64,000 nt of DNA from assembly GCF_000143415.4 (NCBI RefSeq), contig NW_003314283.1:382752-446751 (forward strand), written 5' to 3'. Of the stretch, positions 11,213 to 22,461 are shown piece by piece; position 1 is the first letter of the stretch, and each line of letters begins with the position of its first letter. The notes beneath the pieces were generated by a model. It worked only from the letters and a program-made list of their open reading frames with translations, had not been told where the DNA came from and searched no databases. A program made the translations under genes and the position numbers. The DNA is from Selaginella moellendorffii. Taxonomy: Eukaryota; Plantae; Lycopodiophyta.

Positions 11213-14200
11213 GATGGTGGGTAACTTCTCCTCGATCAGGTTTGCATAACTAATCCTTTGTGGTTTCTAGGCTAGAAGCAAGAATGCCGCACGCCTCAAC
11301 AGCAGTAGACACTATGCAGGAAACACCTCGCGAGCACGCAGCCAAGCACTCGATGTTCCGCAATTGGTACAGCCAACAGTCCCGTGAGACACACGCCAGC
11401 CACTTGATTTTCTAAGCTCCACAGCAGGGACATCAACTCCAACAGCATCCCATCCACAGCTCCTGACTGCATTTGAGCAAGCAGAGCGCCGCCTAACATT
11501 GCATACATTGCAACATATGCAGAACCTCCAGCATGTTTCATTCTCCTCGCCTTCCTTGGAAAGTAGCAGCCCGCGCATTCGAAATGAGCAAGTCCGGACA
11601 CCTCATGCCCACGGTGTTGTCCAATCTGGAATGCTGCCACCAACACTAACTACAGGACGTGCTCACGGAATCCCATATAGTGCCACTGCTACCAGCCCCG
11701 CAACTCCACCAACCACTACAACTCTTGCAACTCCATCTACCAGTACAAGTGCCAATACCTGGCCATCTACCTCCCGAAGCAACAAGCTGTCTAGCTCGGT
11801 AAGTTTTTCATTTGTACCCGTGTTTTTTTCCATGTGTTTTTCTGCGTAGGGTGAGTTGACAATGCCGCCACACCAGCGAGCTTATAGTTCCCCATCAGCA
11901 TTCCACAACTACTCCCAAGGATCGACATCATCATTTAGTGGAGCTTCGACATCCAGATATGTTCAAGCTGACCCTCAAGGCGGGCTGCCATGTGAGCCAC
12001 AGGTATAACATGACCCCATGCACTCTTCATTTTTTTCTTCTTTGGATTTGTTTAACTCATTTTTGTTTCACTGTGCTAGACTCTCTCACTGCTTGTGGCT
12101 GCAGTGCACACCTATGCCGATAACAATCGGCAGTCCTTATCTTGTCGTCGTGGACGTCGTGGCAGTCGATCCAAAGTCATTTGTGGGATGTTGTCTACGA
12201 CACCCTTGGTCCCCCGGCCATTCACCACAGTTCTTGTCACCAAGTGGATTGCAATCCCAAAGACTTGGCATGTACACTTATATGGGCGGAAAAGAGAGCC
12301 ATCTGTGAAGGTGACGGAACTTGACGAGTTGGCAGTGGACCTCCCAGAGTGTCTCATATGGGGTGGCTTATACTCCAATATTCTTTTCCAGCCCAGCACA
12401 GCCCAACATGCGTTTCTACTATCACTCCAAGCCTCAGGAATCCAACCTTCATCCATGACCAACCCAGGAGCATTTGTCCAGCGTGCAAGGCAGTTCAATG
12501 GTGGTGAGGCCCATACCGAGTCTGCAAAATTTGGCCTCAGCTCTATCCGGCCTTGCTACTGGCCTCCTCAAACATCATGGGGAGCTATAGCAAACAAGGC
12601 CAATGGCAATCAGGCAACAGTAATATATTTATACAATGTTATGGAGCATCTTACTAACAAACATTGGCTAAGTTATCAAAAGCAGGCCTGAGCACTCGAG
12701 GAGAAGGATGTTTGTGAACGTAAGTCATTTTTTTTTAAGTTCCCTCCTCACAAATATATGTTGTGGTCTTTGCAGTTGTAGCTATTACAAATACCTTGAC
12801 TGCAAATGATGATCCAAAGCCAGCCACGTAGGAACCAAACCCTTACGAGAATAATGAAGAAGAAGACTCTGCGGATGAAGAGGACATTCTTCCATTACCA
12901 GAAGAAACTCTCCCCATACAAGACAACATGGACATTAGTGGAGTCAAAGAACAAAGTGATGGTGGGGATGAACCGCACCAAGGATCTCCGGAGACATCCT
13001 TGTCACCAGAGATAGTGGCTCCAGGCCATGCGGCTGGTAAAAAGCATTAACATAAATGAATATTTTCTTCATTTTCTAATTTCTGAGTGCAGATAGGCCA
13101 ATGGTAGTGTATGACAGTGATGGCAGAGGCCTTGAAGACCATGGTGTGCCTCCACCCCCCTTTCTAGAGGGAAGTAGCTCCACTCCATTTACTCTTATGG
13201 AGTTGCTTGACAACTTTTTTACAGTAGAGTAAGATAATTGAAAATTGTGCCATTCAAAATTGAACTAATGTTTGCATGTAGATTGTTGGAGCGTCAACAA
13301 AGATGGATTGATGCCACCAATGCATTTAATGAAGCTATTCAGTTAACCACTTAGGATAGTGCCAACTTCATCATGCTGCAGATTGAGGAGGTTTCTACCT
13401 TACAGGATGCCACCACAACCCTTGAGGTGAGGGCACAGGGGGATGCTAAAGTTCTCTCATAGGTGCAGTGGCTGAAACACAAGCTTCTTGGTTGCTTTGG
13501 CGTGGAAAGCACAAGTGACGAGGAGATGCTAGACACTATTGCTAGACACCCTGAATTCCATTGGGTTGGCGATGAAATATTTTTGCGGCGCGTGCTTTTC
13601 AACCAAACCATGCCTCATTGGCAAGATTGGGAGAGTCTTCTCCTTAAGTTTGGCCTTTCAGAAGCACAGTACAAGGATGTGTTTTGTGACAACACAATCC
13701 AACAGCTCCTTGCTGAAGTAAGTATTAATGTACCTCCTTCAATTCTTGAGTCCACAATAGCATGGTTCATTGAGAAGAGGTATGTGTATCTATTTCTTAG
13801 CACTTAGTACTATCTTATGGTTTTGTGCAGGGACCTACATAGGAATTGGGCGGCTGCACAACAATTGAGAGAACTATTTGACACTACTAAAACACCGTAT
13901 TGTAAGTTCTCTCATTTTTGCATCGAGAAGGCCATGCTTCGGCCATACAGACTTGCTTGTACACGTTTGAGGCCATCTCGCATTCTAGTAAGCAATGAAT
14001 TGCCTATGAATTGGAGTTACCTCACTTGTCCTTCTAGATTGCACCAAACAATGAATTCAGTTGTTTCCAATTTGCCTTCAATACTAATCTCCGCACACCG
14101 AATTACAAAGTGGTCTATGCGTCTGAGATTGGAGGAGCTTTGGTGTGGGAGGAATCCACAATAGATGCGGGTGGGCCACATGCAAAAGCCATTAGGGAGG

Positions 14201-15343
14201 CTGTTCACCAGATTCCAGGATCAATAAGTTTAATTTTCACTTGGCTCACTAGAGTAACTTTGTGTTACAAACGCGTGGACTGTTTGTGCTTAGGGAAAGA
14301 GCCACATATTGGCATCCTAAGATGCCAGTGCATTTTAGGACATTGCAACAAGAAGAGCGGGATGTGGTAAGTTAAGTTTAAAGCACAAGTTTTATATACT
14401 CCTCATTTTTATATGCACAAGCTATCTTTGTGGGATGGTTGCTATTCCAAGCATTCGAATGTAATGCACAGGTTTCTCACAGATGTACAATTGCAACATT
14501 GGCAATTGCAACTAGAGAGGTTCCAAACGAGGATGACTGACGACTTGCCCGAGGAGGACTATATGAGATGGACCTCAAGGCATGCACACTGCATATCTGG
14601 AATGCACTCAACCAATTGCGAGGTGCATCAAGCCTAAAGGAGGAGGGCGATCGGCACAAGTCTGTGGATTCCATCCTAGAGAACCCTGCAATTACTGACT
14701 ACAATGCAGTGCTTGAGTCTAGACTCACTGAACTTGGTGAAGGTTATGAGGAGGCTGTGGAGGCATGCGTGGCTGCGGTGGTTTGGCATTACCTATTCAT
14801 TGAGCCAAATGTAGTGGGAGACTTACTCCGAGATGGCTTCCAACACTTAATGCGCATGGAAGCTCGTCAGAGGCCTCACAAGAGTCCAGCATTGCTAGGT
14901 GGGCTTTCACTCATTGGGACAGATGCTTTGTTACAGGTCTTCTGGGTAAGGACGATCATTCCTCACGCGGAGTTCATCAACTGCCTGATCTTTGATCAGG
15001 ACTTTGGAGAGAACTTCCGCAGCTGGATTGTGGACATCATTCGAGGTAACTATTTACTTTCACAAACAACTAAAACTCTTGTATGTTTGAACATTTTATA
15101 GATATAAGCCTGAAAGAGTTATCCAAGTTCCATCACTTTGTGGTTGATTCTTCAAAGTTCCGACTGGGAGAGCCTATTTGGATCCAAGTTGAGAGACAGA
15201 GTACATCATCTACTTGATTTCCCAGGTTCTCCACATGCACACGAGAAGTTTTCTTCCCTTTAACATACCTGTCAAAGGAGTGGACCAAACACAAGATCCA
15301 CCAGACACTCCAAAATCTAGAGAGCTTGTATGGATTGGGCTGA
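11213..15343 (+). pseudogene. Multi-exon cargo gene(s) ending in a HECT-like E3 ubiquitin ligase domain
   Basis: S/T/P-rich N-terminus. EESTIDAGGP at about 14150-14178. Last exon reads ELSKFHHFVVDSSKF...*FPRFSTCTREVFFPLTYLSKE...YGLG-stop, with Cys at 15236. Several internal stops; exon structure and start are uncertain. Confidence 0.62.
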
Positions 15344-15483
15344 TGTTGTGGAAGTAATGTAGACACTTTCACAATAAAAATAGATAATTGTCTTGAAATA
15401 TGTTTCACACTTTGAAAGAGACTCTTTCCAGTTCATTGGCGAAGTTAAAAGTAAGAATATTCAAAATATTCCACAAATGCCCA

Positions 15484-16074
15484 TTATAGGCACTTGCAGC
15501 CCTTGGTACCCTTTTGGCTTATGCTTGTCTCACCAAGCGTAATCACTATAGCTTCCAAAGCAGCTCCCAATTTAGGTTCTGGGTCAAAACTATCAAGTTT
15601 GGGTGCTATATGATGCCCATCCTCACTTGAGGAACTTTCAACCTGTTTGGTAGAACCAAAATCACCCTCTGGGTCTGTGAACTCGTCCTTGCTTGCATCT
15701 CGAGCAGTAACATATCCCTCGCTGTCGCTTTCTTCAGCAGGACCTTTCCCCTCGGTGATTGGCACAAGATTAGAAGTAGTCTTGGGCTGCCTTGTCGGAG
15801 GGATTGTCGAGCCTTGAGAGGAGGAGGCATCATATAGAATCCTCGATCCTGTCCCCTGTTGGATCCATTGTTGTGCCTCAAAGAAGTCATAAAATCCTCT
15901 CCAGTTTGCCATGCCAGGAGGAAACCTAGAAACCTCAAACATTGCAAAAGGGTTAGACCATATAGGAAACTGTTACAAATCTACTCTTACCAAAATGAGC
16001 ACAAGCTTCCAATCTCTGAAAACTCCAATTCTTTGGCCACAGCGCACGGCATATATTGGATAGTTTTGCCCCAT
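15484..16074 (-). CDS. Cargo gene with an RNase H1 N-terminal (Cauli_VI, hybrid-binding) domain and an acidic disordered tail
   Basis: Splicing out a short intron (acceptor uncertain) gives MGQNYPIYAVRCGQRIGVFRDWKLVLIL/VSRFPPGMANWRGFYDFFEAQQWI, which matches the YAVxxGxxxGIYxxW...FxxxxEA pattern. Confidence 0.65.
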
Positions 16075-17734
16075 GCTTGGAAACCCTTTTTACAAATTTC
16101 AAAATTTGAAACAGTTATGATTGGAAAATATTGTAAGTGTCCATTGTCATTGCTCTTCTCACCTAAATGTTACTACATGCAATTGCAACTTCCATATTCT
16201 CAAATCTCCTTCAGCATGCTCCTCTTGAGAGAACTCCAGGTTCAATTTGAAACAATTATAATTGGAAAATGTTGAAAGTGTCTATTGTTATCCTGAATGT
16301 TACTACATGTAATTGCAACTTCCACATTCTCAAATCTCCTTTAGCATGCTCCTCTTGAGAGAACTCCAAGTCCAAACATCAACACTATGCACCTTTGCAT
16401 AGTACATAATTGAAGTATGAGCCCCACCAATTCATCGAATTGGTTAGACTTCAACCTAATTTTGAGTCATATGCAAATCTTCTAAGCATCATGGTACAAA
16501 ACTCAAGTGTTGAGAGAGCTACACTGGAAATCAATTGCAACGAAAGATAAACTCAATGGGATTAAAGACATGACTCCAAATAGTATATATCCATGGCTTT
16601 GCAATGGAGCTAGATGGAGTTCACTTACGTTTGCTATGAACACTATGTTAAAAGAGGCGTGCCTAGGTGTGACTCAATTTCCAACATTTTCCAGCTATGA
16701 GAGCCCAGGAGTTCTTCGCGTCCATGGTGAATGCACCTCAAGAATCACAGTGCAAGACGGAGGAAGCAAGAGGATTCAACGATTGCTTAGACGCTGTGGC
16801 GGGTAACAATGGGAGCATCGATGATTGCGAGCAGCACAGCAGCGGTCGGCAATGTGGGGAGGATACGGCGATGGCTGTCGATGACAATCAAGGCTGCCAC
16901 ACTCCCAAATTCTAGATGGAGTCCACTTACGCTTGCTATAACACTATGTTCAAAAAGGTGTGCCAAAAAAGGATAATTTAATTCTTTTGCCATGAGCGCC
17001 AAGAGCAAGATGTGAAAACATAGTGCTCTAGATAAGGTAGTATGGTATGCAATTTAGTCGATTGTCCATTTGGTTTGCAACATTAACAACTTGCTCGAAT
17101 GCATGGGATGAATGGGTCTATGGGCCAAGAATGGCTCCATTCCATACATAGCATGGGTCATTGCTATGGGCATGATGCCCCATCCGGGGCATAAGGATTG
17201 GATATTCGTAAAATATTCTATGCCTGTGTTTTTTTCACACTCATAATACACGTAGACCAATAACAGGCATACACGTGGTGTGAGTGAAATCCACCATTGT
17301 AAAATCCACCCTTTTATGAATTGCATGCCATATTTTTAAACTAACTTAATGCATTTAGAACTTTAACACTCACTCAAGAGATGGTGCAAATTGAACCTGT
17401 CAGGTTGCATGGCATATGAAAGGAATTATCCCTTTCCATTGAGGTAAGAATTGCCACTTAAATGCTAAAAACAAATGATAAGAAAGGAATTATCCTTGGT
17501 AAGAAGGCAACAAAGCTTGCTATGCTGGAGGTTGCACACTTGGGATGCTAAAAACATATGATAACTCTGTCCATCCATTGGTAGATTTTAAAATTATTTT
17601 AATTTGGACTTTATGTATGGCTTAGTATATAAGAGGTGCCTATACCACGTCTTTTAGTTACACGTGTACTTAAACACTAAAACTTAATTATCCTCACTCA
17701 CACTTTTAAATTAATTAATTGAGTAGAGCTATAG

Positions 17735-18691
17735 ATGGAAATGATTATATTACTAATTATTTCTTTTCCTTTATGCATTTTAGCACCACCACCATTTGGA
17801 TATATATTTCCTGATCAGCCTATGACGCTTTACTCCAGTGATCCTGATGCACTATCTAGAGATAATTTTAAAGCTATATTGAAGAATATAGATGAATATA
17901 TTGGCTCCCTGAAAGGAGAAAAAACTCTTCCAACAAAGAGTTACTCAAGAACGTTTTATATTACTGATAATGTATATTGTATTTTAACATTATGGATTCA
18001 TTTGCCACTGGGTTTAAATGCAAAAGAACCTACTTATACATTATGCAAGATAATCCCACTACAATATGGATATAATGGATATGAAGCTTATAATATTTTT
18101 CACAGGCTTCGGGATTATATTTCCACGAATGCAACCACTATAGGTAAAGACCAAAATAAAAGGTATTTTGGAGAATTTGAAGCTAATTTAAGAAATTTTG
18201 CTATGCAATATAATGTTTATGGTTCACATCCTCCAACATTTTATAATAATTTTATTATTGAAAAAATTTCTTATAATAATTATGATGGTTATTGTGATAT
18301 TTATAGATCATCTCTTANNNNNNNNNNNNNNNNNNNNNNNNNNNNNNNNNNNNNNNNNNNNNNNNNNNNNNNNNNNNNNNNNNNNNNNNNNNNNNNNNNN
18401 NNNNNNNNNNNNNNNNNNNNNNNNNNNNNNNNNNNNNNNNNNNNNNNNNNNNNNNNNNNNNNNNNNNNNNNNNNNNNNNNNNNNNNNNNNNNNNNNNNNN
18501 NNNNNNNNNNNNNNNNNNNNNNNNNNNNNNNNNNNNNNNNNNNNNNNNNNNNNNNNNNNNNNNNNNNNNNNNNNNNNNNNNNNNNNNNNNNNNNNNNNNN
18601 NNNNNNNNNNNNNNNNNNNNNNNNNNNNNNNNNNNNCTATCTTTATATTTATGATACAGAGAAAGGTGAAATTTTATGGTCAGCTCATTAA
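17735..18691 (+). CDS. Secreted AT-rich protein with a C-terminal bulb-type (B) lectin-like domain, copy A
   Basis: Hydrophobic signal peptide, no introns seen, and the frame is preserved across a 319-N gap. The domain is inferred from paralog B (SLVSPYTNYRLTM..CQL, CFAHLDRTGHL, LEVSDNGYLYIYD..LW). Confidence 0.62.
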   Translation: MEMIILLIISFPLCILAPPPFGYIFPDQPMTLYSSDPDALSRDNFKAILKNIDEYIGSLKGEKTLPTKSYSRTFYITDNVYCILTLWIHLPLGLNAKEPTYTLCKIIPLQYGYNGYEAYNIFHRLRDYISTNATTIGKDQNKRYFGEFEANLRNFAMQYNVYGSHPPTFYNNFIIEKISYNNYDGYCDIYRSSLXXXXXXXXXXXXXXXXXXXXXXXXXXXXXXXXXXXXXXXXXXXXXXXXXXXXXXXXXXXXXXXXXXXXXXXXXXXXXXXXXXXXXXXXXXXXXXXXXXXXXXXXXXXYLYIYDTEKGEILWSAH

Positions 18692-19106
18692 CTAATATTC
18701 TTAATAACTCTAACAAATAATAATGCTTACAATTAAAGTTAAGATTTTACTTCTGTAATGATTTGAACTAATTACAAAACATCCATTACTCGATTAATCA
18801 TACTTATTAACCAATAATTAATAAATATAAATAGAATATTGATAATACATATCCCCTAAAGTGTATATGTTGGCTTTAACTACTTTTTTCCTACCTAGAG
18901 AACTTGCAAGAGAAAATATTGCTCTCTTTTTACTGCCACTAGCAGAGAACTTCCGCATCGTCAATTCGTCAGGTCCTTCTCATGGACCCTATTCATAAAT
19001 GTTTCTGATAGAATCTGCTAGATTCCCTGCGTATATAATATTTCTTTGTCGTAAAAATGGAATGAAAACACGCATCCAAAAGTCTTTCTTTGCCACGATT
19101 TTCTAC

Positions 19107-19206
19107 CTTATATATATGAGCAAGTGATTCGGATTGAAACCAATTTGACAACTACCAAAATCCCACTATGGTAATATTAGTATATGGCATCGTAGCCATA
19201 CACCTT
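19107..19206 (-). mobile_element. LTR remnant of the 49465-54446 gypsy family
   Basis: Reverse complement matches the first part of the 174-bp LTR. It has the same flank (ACAAGATTAATTTAATT) as the LTR ending at 6702. Confidence 0.7.
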
Positions 19207-19325
19207 AAACACAAGATTAATTTAATTTCTTATCTTAAAATATCTTAAAATATCTAAATATATTTTAAGTAACCCATACAGGTTTGCTTAACCAAACTAA
19301 AACAAAGAATAAAAGGGAAATTAAT

Positions 19326-19398
19326 TTCCATTGACGGGATTTGAACCCGAGTCGCCTGGGTGAAAGCCAGGTATCCTGACTGGACTAGAGCAATTGGA
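19326..19398 (-). pseudogene. tRNA-Glu(TTC) pseudogene
   Basis: Anticodon arm is intact. The acceptor and T stems carry mismatches relative to 22266-22339. Confidence 0.75.
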
Positions 19399-19647
19399 TT
19401 TTTCACAGTCCCAGCGAAAGGCCTGGTGTACACCACCTTTACCATGGACTTGATGGATCGAGGGACGCTGGCGGCCTCGGGTGTGGCAATGGCTCCATCG
19501 TTTACTTACATTGTGAGTGGTGGCACTGGCGAGTTCCTTGGAACCTTTGGCAAGATGGAAGTTTTCATTGTTAGCAGTGTTGACGATGGAGCCAACTTTA
19601 TTCTCCTTCACGATGTCACGCTCTATTCTTCCACTAGCATGAATTAG
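19386..19647 (+). pseudogene. C-terminal fragment of a dirigent-like protein
   Basis: RAIGFF...GTLAASG...YIVSGGTGEFLGTFG resembles the dirigent VVGGTGxF motif. No N-terminus is present. Confidence 0.5.
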
Positions 19648-19684
19648 AATATGCTTTGATACTTCTAAAATTTAGGGATTGTGG

Positions 19685-22154
19685 ATGATGCTACTCCTGC
19701 TAGGCTTCGCGCTCGTCGAGGCGCTGAGCGCGCCGATTCCTAGGTTTGAGGAGCGCGCAGCTCTCAAGGAGGATGTCCGAAATATGTAAGATCTGTGATC
19801 TATCCTTCGTGTATTTACTGATTGGGAGCTCAATCGATCGCCAGGTTCCATCACGCCTACGACAACTACATGAAATACGCCTTCCCGGTACGCATTTCTC
19901 TTTCCTGACGAAGGAAACTCACGAGATTTCGCTTTGTCTGTGGCAGCACGACGAGCTCAAGCCGCTCAGCTTGAGTTATACTGATTCGCTAGAGGAGCTT
20001 GGAAATCTTAAGGTAAAGTTTTCTCAAGTTCTCGCAGTTTTTCTTCCTTCTATCATTTTTTCTTTTCTTTTTCCTAGCTTGAGCGTCTCTCAGAGACTTA
20101 CAGTGGATCGGCTTTGACACTCGTGGAATCCTTGTCAAGGTAATAGTGTTCTTGGATGGATTTCCATTTCTTCTTTATCTTTTCTTCTTATATACACAAT
20201 GAAACATTCTCGTCAGCTTGGCAGTCATGAAGAACAGCAGCGAGTTTGAGAAGGGAGTTTTGTGGCTTGCCGAGAATTTATCCTTCGACGTTGATGTCCG
20301 AGTGAACGTTTTCGAGGTACGTTTGATACCATCGCAGAGCCAGATAACGTAAACTCTTTAACGGTGAAGTCTCGCTTCAGTGTAATATCAGGTTACTAGG
20401 GGGATTAATTTCTGCACACTTCCTAGCCAAAGATTCGAGAAAACAATTGATGTCAAATGGATACAATGATCAGTTGCTTATGCTTGCAGAGGACTTGGGA
20501 CTGCGATTGCTGCCAGCTTTTGACACGCCCACTGGAATTCCATACGCTTGGATCAATCTGAAGGTTTGCTACATTTTCTCAACGCTCACCTTTCATTTGG
20601 AAAGCTTTTTATAGACCGGAGTGCATCCAAACGAGACGACCGAGACAAGCACTTCCGGGTGTGGTAAGTAGCGAGTTTCGTTTCTTTCTTCGTTCTTTTC
20701 GTTGGTTTAAGTAAAAGTTTCATCTCTCAGGCTCGCTGGTTTTGGAGATGGGAGCGTTGTCCCGCTTAACTGGCAATCCACAGTTTGAGAATTTAGCTTT
20801 GAGAGCTCTTCGCAAACTGTGGAGTATGCGCAGTGAACTGAACTTACTGGGAACGAACCTTGACATAAATACTGGACGGTGGACTGAGTACTCTTCAGGC
20901 ATTGGTGCTGGTAATATTTTTCAATGTAATTATTTGGTCACCGTCCGGCCTGTTCTTTCTGCAGGCATCGATTCCTTCTATGAATATTTGGTAAAAGCCT
21001 ACATTCTTTTCGGAGGCGAAGAATACTGGGATATGTTTCAGGACGCTTACCGAGCTGTCCAACAACATTATAGATATGGTTCCTGGTAAACTATCAGTAA
21101 ACAGTTCATATGTATTGAAAGAGCTTTATATCAGGTATCATGACGCTGATATGAGAACTGGGAAAGCTACATACTGGCAGTTCACGAGTCTGCAAGCATT
21201 TTGGCCTGGACTACAGGTAGGAATTTATCGAGAGTTTTATGAAACGTTATGATCTTTTATTGCAGGTTTTGATAGGTGATATTGCCGCTGCAAACGCTAC
21301 CCACAGAGAATTTCTCCGCTTGTGGGAGATGTTTGGTATTTTTCCTGAAAGGTTTCGTTTTGTAGAGTTTTGATCCTGCTTTGCTTACTATCCTTATTAT
21401 CTTTTTTTTTTTGTCTCAGATACTTACTTGATGCCGGAAAAGTCCACCCCACAGAAAGATACTATCCACTTCGTCCAGAGTTGGCGGAGTCCACATTCTT
21501 TTTATACCAAGCTACAAAAGGTAAAATAGTAGAAAAAGTTTGGATTTGATTGTATGTTTTGCTTTTCAGATCCTTGGTATTTGGACGTGGGAAAGAAAAT
21601 CATGAACTCTATCAATGTGTTTAGCCGCGTGCCCGGAGGCTTTGCTAGCGTCAGAGATGTCATGACTATGAAACTAGAAGACCATCACCATAGTTTTTTC
21701 TTATCAGAGACGTAAGTACTCACACCTCCTGCGTGCTGATGATCACAAATCCTTTCAACAGGTGCAAATACTTGTATTTGCTATTTGATGACAGCTTCTT
21801 GGACGGCGAGAACCATGTTTTCTCCACCGAGGGCCATCTCTTCCCTGTCAACCAGTCGTGGCAGCAACAGCCCCGTCCCAAGGTACCAGAGGATCAATCT
21901 CGCGAAACATAAGTAGCGTTTGTGTGTTTTGACAGATATTGTCAAGGCTACGACTATTTTCAAGGCAAAAGCCGATAGACACCAGCGCTCTCACATCAAA
22001 GACATGTCCTCGCTTGAGCAGAGGAAGTGTGGAATCGGCATGCCACATCCCAGACACTCGCGCTGACCACCGATGCGTTTCAAGGTCGGACTGTGGCGTA
22101 GACGCGACTACTTGCGCGAAGAGGTCGTGTAGTTTTGCCGGTTATTGCTCGTGA
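19685..22154 (+). CDS. MNS5: GH47 ER alpha-mannosidase (EDEM-like), multi-exon
   Basis: Exons encode MFHHAYDNYMKYAFPHDELKPLS, DSLEELGNLKLE, VNVFECNIRLLGGLISAH, GIGAGIDSFYEYL, YPLRPELAEST and SFFLSET, with GT-AG introns. Confidence 0.88.
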
Positions 22155-22265
22155 CAAGATCACCAAAAAAAAGCATATAGAAATTATTTTTTCTTCCCCA
22201 GAAAAATAAGATGCATATATTGACAATCCCAGAAGAAGAAAAAAAAGGATAAAAGGGAAATTAAT

Positions 22266-22339
22266 TTCCATTGCCGGGATTTGAACCCGGGTCGCCTGGG
22301 TGAAAGCCAGGTATCCTGACCGGACTAGACGACAATGGA
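22266..22339 (-). tRNA. tRNA-Glu(TTC), intact
   Basis: Full cloverleaf: TCCATTG/CAATGGA acceptor stem, CTTTCAC anticodon loop, GGTTCAAATCC B-box, and downstream oligo-T. Confidence 0.93.
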
Positions 22340-22461
22340 TCAATGAAATTTTGGCAGTTCAAAAAGGTTGATTACAGTTTATAAACACAGATCCTTTTCC
22401 TATCAATAGGGTTTGTTATCAAAAACAATCAGTCCGAGAGAGAAAGAGACTGCCGCGAATC

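Larger units (their letters stand above)
8792..17332 (+). mobile_element. TIR DNA transposon, IS3-family-like (IS3EU-like), carrying cargo genes
   Basis: 54-bp TIRs at 8792-8845 and 17279-17332 (47/54 identical) with termini TAT...ATA, flanked by TTTTT on both sides. Absent from the paralogous site near 24193. Contains a DDE transposase. Confidence 0.85.
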
